Source: Bacillota bacterium
Lineage (GTDB): Bacteria; Bacillota; UBA5301
DNA length: 64,000 bases
Direction: 5' to 3'
Assembly (NCBI GenBank): GCA_012735535.1
Contig: JAAYHC010000012.1
Span: 12,059 to 76,058, forward strand
Part shown: positions 18,806 through 27,500 of the stretch, one piece after another
Position numbering within the stretch: position 1 is the first letter of the stretch
Layout of the letters: the number at the start of each line of letters is the position of its first letter
Notes under the pieces: model-generated
Seen by the model: the letters and a program-made list of their open reading frames with translations, nothing else
Told to the model about the DNA's origin: nothing
Database searches by the model: none
Made by a program: the position numbers and the translations under genes

Positions 18806-20434
18806 CTAGTCAACTGAAGATGTCTCTTTAGGTATATTGTCCCAGTAAGCGATGATTAATGGGGTGATCACCGCAGGTAGCAAATACAAAGCTTGGCTGA
18901 CCATGAGCTTGCCGAGCGCCAAGAGCGCGGGTTGAGGATAGTACCAGATGAGTTTGCTGCCGGTAGCCAAAAAAGCCAAGAGGGCGGTGAGGAGCAGACC
19001 GGCAAAGACTCCGACCAGGGCGGCAGAGTAATCCAGGAGATTGGACCAATAGCCGGGTACAAGAGGGCTAAACAGTTGGGTTTTCTCCGCCAGGCGGCGA
19101 AGGCCCCAAACCGCCGCGAGAACCAGGCCGAGTGCGAGGTAGGCAGGAATTCCAACGGCAAGGAAGAGAGAGGTGGATTTGGCCGCGCCAAGACGGTAAA
19201 ACAGCCAGAAGAAACCGGTCTGAACCACGGCGCCGACCGCGAGGAGGATTTTACGTCGGCCGTCCAACAGCCTGAGGCCGGCGACCGGTCCAGCGCTGAG
19301 CAACAAGACCACCGGTAAACGGAGCCAATACCCGCGCCAGATGAGATCCTGACGCACTTTGTGCATGGTGTCGATGAGGATACTCTCCGCCGCAACCGCT
19401 TTACGGAATGCTGCTTCGTACATGGCGGCGCGGGCAAATCGTTCGGCTTCATCGATCAAAAGGGCAGCTTCGGAAAGCAGGTTGCGCACGATCTTTTGGT
19501 ATCCGCCGATCTCGACATATGCCGAAATAAATTCCGCCAGATATTGGCTGTGCGAGGTAGCAAGCAAAGCGCGTTGATTGGCCGGCAAGTCGAGGAGATC
19601 CCATAAGATCCGGCCATGGGCTTCAGTAGGCGCTGCAATACCCAGCAAAGCGGCTACGGTCGGTGCAACATCAGTGAACTCGGCCGGTCCGTAGACTCCC
19701 GGCAAAATTCTCTGCCCGAAGGCGAAAAGGCTATCCTTGGTAATTACCAACAAGATATCAGCTTCCCAAGTCAATGCTTGGGCCAGGTTTTCGACCAAGC
19801 GGTCAAGGCCGGCCGGCCGGTCCGAACCTGGGAAGTGGATCAAAAACACATCGGCTGATGAATGCTGCAGCAACTCAGAGGCTGCCGCAAAGGCCTGTTG
19901 GTCGGTAAGGGAACCGGACTTTTCGCCATCATAAAATAGTGATTCGCTTCGGAAATAGGGTCCGTTTAACTGTTGCCACCACCGGTGACCAACGAGTGCG
20001 GTAGACAGTCCCGCCTCGGCGATTCGGCGAAAGAGGTTATCGGCTGGGATTTGCCGGTCAAAACGGTCGGAGATGACCCCGTTAATCTCCGGCCAGGCAC
20101 CGCTGGAAAGTACAGCCAAGGTTGGTTTGGATTCGTGCGGCGGCGGCGAGATCAGAGGCCGGTAGGCGCCTTCACTCTGAAGGGCGTTTAAGAAAGGCAT
20201 CTCCGGGAGGGTCTCCTTGGCGATTTGCTCCAGCACGATGATGACCAGACGCTCGGCGACCGGTTGGCCAATAGGTTTGCGGGCCGCAACTAGTTCGTGA
20301 GATAAAGAGAATTTTGTCGCATAGTTTTCACGTGAGCGCTCAAGACCGCGTTGCCAGAAAAGACCGGCGATCACCAGTACGGCTATCGCCATGACCACCG
20401 CACCGAGTTTGAACCACCTTTCCATGGCCGACAC
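18806..20434 (-). CDS. Membrane-anchored alkaline-phosphatase-superfamily (type I phosphodiesterase/sulfatase-like) protein
   Basis: N-terminal TM, AP-superfamily-like core (LIHFPGSD, TDVAPTV), and a C-terminal block of about 6 TM helices. Confidence 0.45.
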   Translation of the reverse strand: MSAMERWFKLGAVVMAIAVLVIAGLFWQRGLERSRENYATKFSLSHELVAARKPIGQPVAERLVIIVLEQIAKETLPEMPFLNALQSEGAYRPLISPPPHESKPTLAVLSSGAWPEINGVISDRFDRQIPADNLFRRIAEAGLSTALVGHRWWQQLNGPYFRSESLFYDGEKSGSLTDQQAFAAASELLQHSSADVFLIHFPGSDRPAGLDRLVENLAQALTWEADILLVITKDSLFAFGQRILPGVYGPAEFTDVAPTVAALLGIAAPTEAHGRILWDLLDLPANQRALLATSHSQYLAEFISAYVEIGGYQKIVRNLLSEAALLIDEAERFARAAMYEAAFRKAVAAESILIDTMHKVRQDLIWRGYWLRLPVVLLLSAGPVAGLRLLDGRRKILLAVGAVVQTGFFWLFYRLGAAKSTSLFLAVGIPAYLALGLVLAAVWGLRRLAEKTQLFSPLVPGYWSNLLDYSAALVGVFAGLLLTALLAFLATGSKLIWYYPQPALLALGKLMVSQALYLLPAVITPLIIAYWDNIPKETSSVD

Positions 20435-20548
20435 CCCTTTTGACTTGCTATCTCATGTATATGGCGGAGAGCCGGCGGTCAGAAGGAAAGTCTGTTATAA
20501 TGTGGGTATTACCGGATAATTGTCATGATGTCGAAAAGCGGGATAAGT

Positions 20549-21199
20549 ATGTTTGACTGGGCTTGGCCTTACTTTAGCGGTCTGTTGTTGGGTTTGGGGA
20601 TGATTCTGCCGATCGGGCCGCAAAACATCTTTATTTTGACCCAAAGTATTGCCGGCGGTCCGCTGCGGGGGCTTACCGCGGCAGTTACAGCCGGGTTTTG
20701 TGATAGTACGCTGATCATCATCGGTGCGGCCGGACTATCGCAAGTTCTCGCGAAGCTCCCTTGGCTGGAAAAAGGGCTGTTATGGGCCGGTTTTATCTTT
20801 CTATTGTATTTAGGTTTATCGGCTTTACGGAGGGAAGAGGTTGGGCAGTTCGCGAGTCGAAACAGTAATTGGCAGGAACTGAGCCCCACTGCGGCCAGCA
20901 GGTCATGGGTATTCGCGGTAATTATTAAAGGCATTGGGGTTTCTTGGGGTAATCCACACGCGATCCTAGATACCGTCGGCATTCTCGGGGCAGCGATCGC
21001 CGCTTATCCGCCGCAGAGCCGAAGTATTTTTGCTACCGGGACGGTAACGGCGTCGTGGCTCTTTTTCTTTGTCTTAGTGTTAATTGGTTCTTGGCTGCGC
21101 AGGAAAGTTAGCCCGCAAACAGAGGTATGGATCAGTCGTTTTTCCGGGGCGATAATGCTGTTCTTTGCTCTGCTTCTCGGGTATGAGGCTGTTAAATAA
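20549..21199 (+). CDS. LysE/ArgO family amino-acid exporter
   Basis: N-terminal motif LPIGPQNIFIL is typical of the LysE family. Six TM helices. Confidence 0.7.
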   Translation: MFDWAWPYFSGLLLGLGMILPIGPQNIFILTQSIAGGPLRGLTAAVTAGFCDSTLIIIGAAGLSQVLAKLPWLEKGLLWAGFIFLLYLGLSALRREEVGQFASRNSNWQELSPTAASRSWVFAVIIKGIGVSWGNPHAILDTVGILGAAIAAYPPQSRSIFATGTVTASWLFFFVLVLIGSWLRRKVSPQTEVWISRFSGAIMLFFALLLGYEAVK

Positions 21200-21304
21200 A
21201 ATATTTTGCTTAAAAAGAAGGACTCTGCGAAAAGAGTGAGGAATTGATAAAGCGTTATATTCTGTCAGACATAGCGCATCACCCTCCTTTCTTTCTTCTT
21301 AGTT

Positions 21305-21335
21305 TATGGCTCCGCCCGGGGCCGATTTTTTTTGA
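21305..21335 (+). terminator. Rho-independent terminator downstream of LysE gene
   Basis: Stem GGCTCC / GGGGCC with loop GCCC, followed by a T8 run. Confidence 0.4.
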
Positions 21336-21442
21336 CTATTTTTCAGCAGGGAATCACAATGCTAAGTTGAAGAAGCACTAGAGAATTTGCGACCATAGTT
21401 AACCCGTTTTCGGGTGCTGGTGGCCTGATAGGAGGCTAAGGA

Positions 21443-22282
21443 ATGTCAACAGATTGTGAAACTGGTGCACATTGTTCGAGCTGCCCCTCGGCGGGGACGT
21501 GCTCGGCAGCCCAACAGACGTTGTTGAGAGAGGCAAATGAATTTTCAAAAATCAAGCATGTGATTGCGGTAATGAGCGGCAAGGGCGGGGTCGGCAAGTC
21601 CTCTGTCTCCGCGCTCTTAGCCAGTCATCTCCAAAAAGCCGGTTATCAGGTGGGTCTATTAGATGCTGATATCACCGGTCCCAGTATCCCACGGATGTTC
21701 GGGATTACCGAAAAACTAAGAACCAATGTGGCGGGGATGCTGCCGAGCGAATCGGCGCAGGGGGTTAAGGTGATGTCCATCAACTTATTATTGCCGAATG
21801 AGGATGATCCCGTGCTTTGGCGCGGCCCGGTGATCGGTGGCGTAATCGAACAGTTTTGGACCGATGTGATCTGGGGTGAGCTTGATTATTTGGTCGTTGA
21901 CCTCCCGCCGGGAACGGGTGATGCACCTTTGACGGTGATGCAGTCATTGCCCTTAAAAGGCCTGATTGTCGTGACCTCGCCGCAGGAGTTGGCGGTCATG
22001 GTTGTGAGGAAAGCTATTAAAATGGCTGAAATGATGAACCAGCCGATTTTAGGCGTTTTCGAAAATATGGCCTATTTAGAGTGTCCGCATTGTGAGGAGC
22101 CGGTCTACCTTTTTGGGCAAGGCAAAGCGCAGGCGATGGCTGCCGAATATAATCTGCCGTTTTTGGGCTCTTTACCGATTGATCCGGCCCTGGCCGAACT
22201 GTGCGACCAGGGCAGGGTTGAGGAGTATGAGTCCGAACTCTTTGCTCAAGCGGCCAAGCAGATCGCTGCACAACTCGACTAA
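21443..22282 (+). CDS. Mrp/NBP35 (ApbC) family Fe-S cluster carrier ATPase with Cys-rich N-terminal extension
   Basis: Deviant Walker A GKGGVGKSS. CxxC near the C-terminus (CPHCEE). N-terminal CETGAHCSSCPSAGTC. Confidence 0.8.
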   Translation: MSTDCETGAHCSSCPSAGTCSAAQQTLLREANEFSKIKHVIAVMSGKGGVGKSSVSALLASHLQKAGYQVGLLDADITGPSIPRMFGITEKLRTNVAGMLPSESAQGVKVMSINLLLPNEDDPVLWRGPVIGGVIEQFWTDVIWGELDYLVVDLPPGTGDAPLTVMQSLPLKGLIVVTSPQELAVMVVRKAIKMAEMMNQPILGVFENMAYLECPHCEEPVYLFGQGKAQAMAAEYNLPFLGSLPIDPALAELCDQGRVEEYESELFAQAAKQIAAQLD

Positions 22283-22461
22283 CCGTTTACATCATAATTG
22301 ACCAGTGCAAAGTGAGCCTCGTCCGGTATGGGCGCCGGCTCTTTTTTTGTCTGGGAACGCTGATTAGCAGGAAATCACCTGGTGAATAAGGAATATTGCG
22401 TCACTGTAGGTAATTATTGCAACTATGTTGCAAATATTGCAACCATAGGAGTTGGGCGGAG

Positions 22462-23247
22462 ATGTCGGCATTAGATCGGGCCTTGCGCATTCTGTATCAC
22501 GTCTCACAACAGGGTGAGAGCCGAATTAGCGATATAGCTGCAGATCTTGAGCTGGATAAAAGCGTGGTTTCCCGGCTCTGTAAGAAACTGGCCGATTGGG
22601 GGCTGCTGGAGCAGGAGCCAAAATCAAAAATTTACCGCTTAGGCCCCTATACGGCCTGGTTGGGGGCGCGCTATTTGGCTTGTCAAGATCTGCGCCAGCT
22701 GGCCCGTCCGCTGTTGATCGAGCTGAGCCAAAAAACCGGTCGTACCGTTGGCCTGGTTCTCCTAAGCGGCCATAAAGGGATCCTCATTGATAAAGTGGAT
22801 GGTTCTTACTGGCTAGGGGTTTCGGCCAATATTGGCGAACAAATGCCGCTCTACTACCGGGCCGCCTGCAAAGCGATCCTGGCTTATCTGCCGGCAGAAG
22901 AAATCTCGGCAGTCCTTGCTGCAGCTGAAGACAGACTTCCCTGCGGGAAGCCGTTTGACCGGGCAGAACGCCTTGCCGAGCTGGCCCGGATTCGCGCCAC
23001 CGGCTACTCGATTAGTCGAGAAGAGGCCGATAGCGGGGTAACCGGAATCGGTGCGCCGATCTTTGATGCCGACGGCAAGGTCATTGCTGCGGTTAGCGTC
23101 GCGACAGTCTCGGTGACGCTTGATGGTGAAGAAGATGAGGCGCGCTTGGCTAAAATGGTGGCCGAGACCGCAGCTACTATTTCCAGCAGACTCGGTTTTG
23201 TCCAAGATATGCCAATAGCAAATCAGAGTGAAGAGGTGTTCAAATGA
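22462..23247 (+). CDS. IclR family transcriptional regulator
   Basis: N-terminal wHTH (LDRALRILYHV...ISDIAADLELDKSVVSRL) and a C-terminal IclR effector domain. RBS AGGAGTTGG. Confidence 0.75.
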   Translation: MSALDRALRILYHVSQQGESRISDIAADLELDKSVVSRLCKKLADWGLLEQEPKSKIYRLGPYTAWLGARYLACQDLRQLARPLLIELSQKTGRTVGLVLLSGHKGILIDKVDGSYWLGVSANIGEQMPLYYRAACKAILAYLPAEEISAVLAAAEDRLPCGKPFDRAERLAELARIRATGYSISREEADSGVTGIGAPIFDADGKVIAAVSVATVSVTLDGEEDEARLAKMVAETAATISSRLGFVQDMPIANQSEEVFK

Positions 23248-24977
23248 GTACGGAAGCGTTGGTAGAAAAACTGCAGAAAGCAATTGATGCAAAGCGCCTC
23301 TGGAAGCACGTGGAATGGGCTTCACACGTCCGCCGGGATACCGGTGGGCCAGGGGAAGAGAAAATGGTCAAGTATATCATTGATGAGTTGGCGCAGGACG
23401 AGGTGCCGGTAAAGATTCATACCTTTGATGCGTATCTCAGCTATCCGCGCCAGGCCACTCTTGAAGTGCGGCCTGAGGGGGAAGAGGCATTTCAGCTCAT
23501 GTGTTTGACCCATTCCTTTGCCCGCTCAACCGGGCCCAATGGTTTGATCGGCAGAGCCAAAATCATCGGGGAGGGGGACCTGGACTTGGCTGCCGGCCGG
23601 GTAGCGGTTGTTGACGGGGTGGCGACCCCGATCCAGGTGCTCGATCTGGACCGTGCAGGAGCCCAGGCGATTATCTTTGTTAACCCTGGTCCTGTGATTC
23701 ACCATATGATTGAAACTACCATTTGGGGTGGTATCCCGACCCCATCCCAGGTAGACCGCTTACCCGGGATCCCGGTTGTTTCGGTGAATAATCCGGATGG
23801 GGAAAGATTGAAAGCCTTGCTCAGAAAGGGGCCTGTCGAGGTTAAGCTGGTGACCAAAGTGGATACCGGCTGGTATACCGTCAAGCTGCCCGAAGTAGTC
23901 ATTCCCGGTACAGATGATTCGGCCGATTTTATCCTAGTTGGCGGTCACTACTGTTCTTGGGAGGTTGGGATCACCGATAATGCTACCGGTGTTGCGGTCC
24001 TTCTAGAGCTGGCCCGGATACTCTGGCAGGAGCGTAACCACTTAAAACGCTCGGTGCGCATTGCTTGGTGGCCGGGGCATTCGCATGGACGTTATGCCGG
24101 TTCGACCTGGTATGCCGATACTTTCTTTACCGAGTTGCGCAAACACTGTATCCTTTACCACAATATCGATTCCCCGGGAGCCCGGGGCGCGACTCAGTAT
24201 ATTCTCAGGCATACCTCGGCCGAAGTTGAGGACTTCGCCCGCCGGATAGTGCAGACCTACACCGGGCAACAAGATCCTCCGGTCCACCGCCCGACCCGAG
24301 CTGCCGACCAGTCTTTCTTGAATATGGGTATTCCGTCTTGTTCATTGTATTCGTTTTTGCCGGATGGCCATCCGGACAAGCGACTCTGGACAGGGGGTAG
24401 TGCCAGCGGTTGGTGGTGGCATACCGAATTTGATACGCTGGACAAAGCTGATCCGGCAATTCTGGAAAAGGATTGCCGGCTTTCTGCCGCCTTTATTGCC
24501 CTCTTGGCCAACACCGAAGTACTACCCTTTGATTTTAAGTTGTTAGCCGCAGAGATCGCCGAGACAATCAAGTATTTGGAGCAAGAAATCGGTACGGAAG
24601 TCGATTTACGCTCATTGGTTGAGTTGGCGGAGGAATTGGTGCAAGCCGCCGAAGACTTGAGCCGGAAGCCGGTAGCGGTTGATCCGGCGAAAGTAGCGCG
24701 GCGTAACTACGTATTGCGCAAGATCAGTCAGTCGTTGAATCCGGTTGTCTTCGGATTGGAAGGGCCATACGGCCATGATGTGGCAGAGCGGGTTCCGCAA
24801 ATGACCGCCCACAAAGGCGCCAAGATGGATGGTTTGAGTCGGGGTCTTGAGCTCAAGTATCTGCGCGGGACCGACCGGTATGGTTTCCTTAAGGTCCAGA
24901 CCGTCCGTCAGATCAATCGAGCAACTGAAGCATTAGAAGGCGCTTTGGAGTTACTCCGATCGGAGTTGCAGCAGTAA
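23244..24977 (+). CDS. M28-family Zn peptidase with PA domain
   Basis: Zn-ligand region HYCSWEVGITDNATG and a later HSHG motif. PA-like insert. The 4-nt overlap with the IclR gene suggests an operon. Confidence 0.65.
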   Translation: MSTEALVEKLQKAIDAKRLWKHVEWASHVRRDTGGPGEEKMVKYIIDELAQDEVPVKIHTFDAYLSYPRQATLEVRPEGEEAFQLMCLTHSFARSTGPNGLIGRAKIIGEGDLDLAAGRVAVVDGVATPIQVLDLDRAGAQAIIFVNPGPVIHHMIETTIWGGIPTPSQVDRLPGIPVVSVNNPDGERLKALLRKGPVEVKLVTKVDTGWYTVKLPEVVIPGTDDSADFILVGGHYCSWEVGITDNATGVAVLLELARILWQERNHLKRSVRIAWWPGHSHGRYAGSTWYADTFFTELRKHCILYHNIDSPGARGATQYILRHTSAEVEDFARRIVQTYTGQQDPPVHRPTRAADQSFLNMGIPSCSLYSFLPDGHPDKRLWTGGSASGWWWHTEFDTLDKADPAILEKDCRLSAAFIALLANTEVLPFDFKLLAAEIAETIKYLEQEIGTEVDLRSLVELAEELVQAAEDLSRKPVAVDPAKVARRNYVLRKISQSLNPVVFGLEGPYGHDVAERVPQMTAHKGAKMDGLSRGLELKYLRGTDRYGFLKVQTVRQINRATEALEGALELLRSELQQ

Positions 24978-24994
24978 AATATAGCGATCTTGGC

Positions 24995-25025
24995 GAGGCT
25001 GTCTCGGAGCAAGTGAGACAGCCTC
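24995..25025. terminator. Bidirectional hairpin terminator between convergent genes
   Basis: Perfect 11-bp stem GAGGCTGTCTC / GAGACAGCCTC with a 9-nt loop. Confidence 0.5.
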
Positions 25026-25042
25026 AACGTATTCCGGCTACT

Positions 25043-25663
25043 TCATTCTAAGACCGAAGCGGTCCAATTATCTGCGTATTGTAATAGCAAAGTCAAAGGC
25101 CGTTCGCGATGTGCCACATCCCGATTACCCTCAACATACTGCCCGTCGTGATACCGGATTGCTTGTACTTCTTCAGGGGTTAAATCAATATATTTACTGA
25201 TCAAATAAAGGCTGCGGGTCGGAATATCCAGGTGTACCAGTCCTGGATTAACCATGTACTGCACGCCTTTTTTCTCCCGCATCCACTCATTGGAGTTCTC
25301 AATATAGTAGGGTTGACCTGGTAGCCCAACCTTACCGACATCGTGGTAAAGGGCGACAATGACGCATGATTCCTCGCTGAGCTGCGGATAGAGGGCGGCC
25401 CTCAGTTTGAGGAGGGTTTCGGCCACCCCGATTGAATGGATGAGCAAGCCGCCAGGTTGACACAGGTGAAACCGGGTGGAGGCCGGAGCGCTCAACCAGG
25501 TGGTTTCATTAGCCAAAAATTGTTCGAAGGCGCTGACCTGTGCTTTGCGTTTGCGCACCTTGGCGAGCAATGCGGCATGGCGGGTGGTCAAATCGGTGTC
25601 GACAGCGGGGACAGACTCTTGGGGCACAGGAATATCCGGGAATAGTGAGCCCATAACAATCAC
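25043..25663 (-). CDS. HD-domain phosphohydrolase
   Basis: H...HDVGK...H...D signature (LYHDVGK, RYHDGQY). Confidence 0.6.
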   Translation of the reverse strand: MIVMGSLFPDIPVPQESVPAVDTDLTTRHAALLAKVRKRKAQVSAFEQFLANETTWLSAPASTRFHLCQPGGLLIHSIGVAETLLKLRAALYPQLSEESCVIVALYHDVGKVGLPGQPYYIENSNEWMREKKGVQYMVNPGLVHLDIPTRSLYLISKYIDLTPEEVQAIRYHDGQYVEGNRDVAHRERPLTLLLQYADNWTASVLE

Positions 25664-25971
25664 CTCTAGTAATCTAATTGTGCATTTTACGAAATAACCC
25701 TTTAGTACCGAGAGGATTAACGAAATAGAGATATAATAATATATAAATATATAAATATGAGTTTTAAACCCCTGTGGGCGAGCGAAAATATATCGGCCGC
25801 TTCGCTAGCCTGCAGGGTTTTATTATTGTCCTTTCAAACCTATTTTGCTGGGATGTATAGTCTGGCTGAAGTTAGCACACATTAAGACTGCCCACGAAAC
25901 GGAGCACAGATATCACCTTCCAGGTGGCTGGTGACACGGAAACGTAGTTTCGTGGGCTTTGTTTGTTACCT

Positions 25972-26475
25972 TTACCGCAAAGAAACCTCCAAGGTGATTT
26001 CGATAGCATCGGTAATCCGGATTGAGCGAACCCTTATGGTCCAGGTGCTTTGTTCTATTGCGATCCGCTGGCCGTCGAGGGATTGCTCTAACAACAACGG
26101 GTCCAACTGGGCCAGTTCCTTGCCGATATGGGGGTTCAACCGTTTTTTCACCTCCTCCTCGACGGCGCTCTGCACATAGTCAGGGGGATCTCCCCGAAAG
26201 AGCAGGTTAATCCTATCACTACGTACCTTGCCGCGGGTCGAAAGGCTCTCCTGATACTTCTGAACCTGCTGACGTAGTGAGTTTAGTTCCATCTCCAAAC
26301 GCTGGCACTCTTGGGTTAAGCGGTGGATTTGGTTAATGCCGACCGGATACGTTACAAAAGCGCCGATCAGCACACCGGTGCAGAAAATCGCCAGCAGCGA
26401 ACTAAGCCGGTGCGCTGACAGAGTGATACACGGCCTTTTCAGCCGATTCTGAGCATTGTGGATAGTAACCACCAC
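25972..26475 (-). CDS. ytrI: Sporulation membrane protein YtrI-like (N-terminal TM + coiled coil)
   Basis: Downstream of the ytrH-like gene in a different frame. Reads RLKRP - TM (LSSLLAIFCTGVLIGAF) - coiled coil (ECQRLEMELNSLRQQVQKYQ). Only GTG starts are available (26472-26481). The upstream part of the 267-aa track ORF is read-through. Confidence 0.4.
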   Translation of the reverse strand: MVVTIHNAQNRLKRPCITLSAHRLSSLLAIFCTGVLIGAFVTYPVGINQIHRLTQECQRLEMELNSLRQQVQKYQESLSTRGKVRSDRINLLFRGDPPDYVQSAVEEEVKKRLNPHIGKELAQLDPLLLEQSLDGQRIAIEQSTWTIRVRSIRITDAIEITLEVSLR

Positions 26476-26765
26476 CCGCACCAGGTTCCAAGGGCCGCAC
26501 TGGTGAATGTACCTAGGTGTTTTAGGAGCAGGTAAAAGTCGCCGGTCAATCCGCCTTCCAAAGCTTCCAAAAATGAAAAGGTGCCGCCCATCGCAGCTGC
26601 CATCGCCCAAATACGCAGCGACCGCCCGACCTCCAGCATCGTTACGACCGGACTGCCGGTGGTGAAATAGGCGATGAGCCCACAGACCCAGGCTGCCCCG
26701 GTAATCATGCCGAATGCCGAACCGAACGGGAGCAAAATGGTTTTCAGTGTTGCCGATGTGATCAT
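26439..26765 (-). CDS. ytrH: Sporulation membrane protein YtrH-like
   Basis: 108 aa and Gly-rich, with 4 TM helices. SLRIWAMAAAMGGTF resembles the B. subtilis YtrH core. Confidence 0.5.
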   Translation of the reverse strand: MITSATLKTILLPFGSAFGMITGAAWVCGLIAYFTTGSPVVTMLEVGRSLRIWAMAAAMGGTFSFLEALEGGLTGDFYLLLKHLGTFTSAALGTWCGWWLLSTMLRIG

Positions 26766-26951
26766 TCTCGCTCACCCGTACTATGACTATGGAGCCGACA
26801 GGAAGGATATGTGAAATAGGTGAAAGTGCAAGCTAAGGGAGGCGGTAAGTAGTCGGCTCGTTTACTTGAAAGGTCAAACCGGAGTATCACCTGGCGAGCA
26901 GAGAAGGATAATATACACGGGATGTTTTAGCCTTGGCGCGGGGGCTTTACT

Positions 26952-27428
26952 ATGAGTGCACGCAAAATGCTCATTGTCGGTGGGCTGGCGATGTTAACGC
27001 TATCGATGGTCTATGGATCGATCATCGCTACCTTTTACTTGGACCGCTTCGCCCAAGAGCGCAAAAGCGCTTTGGCCAACGGTTTCCTCGATCAACTGGC
27101 CGGTGAGGTCAATGCTGCCAGGTATGAGCAAGCGCTGCGGACGGCCGGGCAGCATCGCAGCAGCCACTCCCACTTGTCTAACGTCGGCTTGATCGCCCTA
27201 GCCATTGGAATCGGAACTCCATATTTCAACCTCTCCGAACGCGTGCTGAAAATTACCGGGGCCGCCTTTTTGCTGGGGGGTATCATCCTACCCTTGGGTG
27301 TCTTTCTGGAACCGGTCTATCATCAGGAAATAGGGAGCTTGATTGCCATGATCGGTGGGGTTTTAGTCACCATGGCCACGGCGGTATTTCTGGTGGGGGC
27401 CTGTCGGGCCAAAGGCACCACCGATTAG
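26952..27428 (+). CDS. Membrane protein (hypothetical)
   Basis: 158 aa with 4 hydrophobic helices. Confidence 0.4.
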   Translation: MSARKMLIVGGLAMLTLSMVYGSIIATFYLDRFAQERKSALANGFLDQLAGEVNAARYEQALRTAGQHRSSHSHLSNVGLIALAIGIGTPYFNLSERVLKITGAAFLLGGIILPLGVFLEPVYHQEIGSLIAMIGGVLVTMATAVFLVGACRAKGTTD

Positions 27429-27500
27429 CCGATTTGTGGATATTCCCTGGCTGATCGCGATAAAATAGGACGGAAAAAGCGTAAAAGGGAATGGTGACAG

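Noticed and set aside
18893-20191. Plus-strand ORFs of 72-141 aa antisense to the phosphatase-like membrane protein
   Set aside because: Antisense artefacts of a GC-rich CDS, with no RBS.
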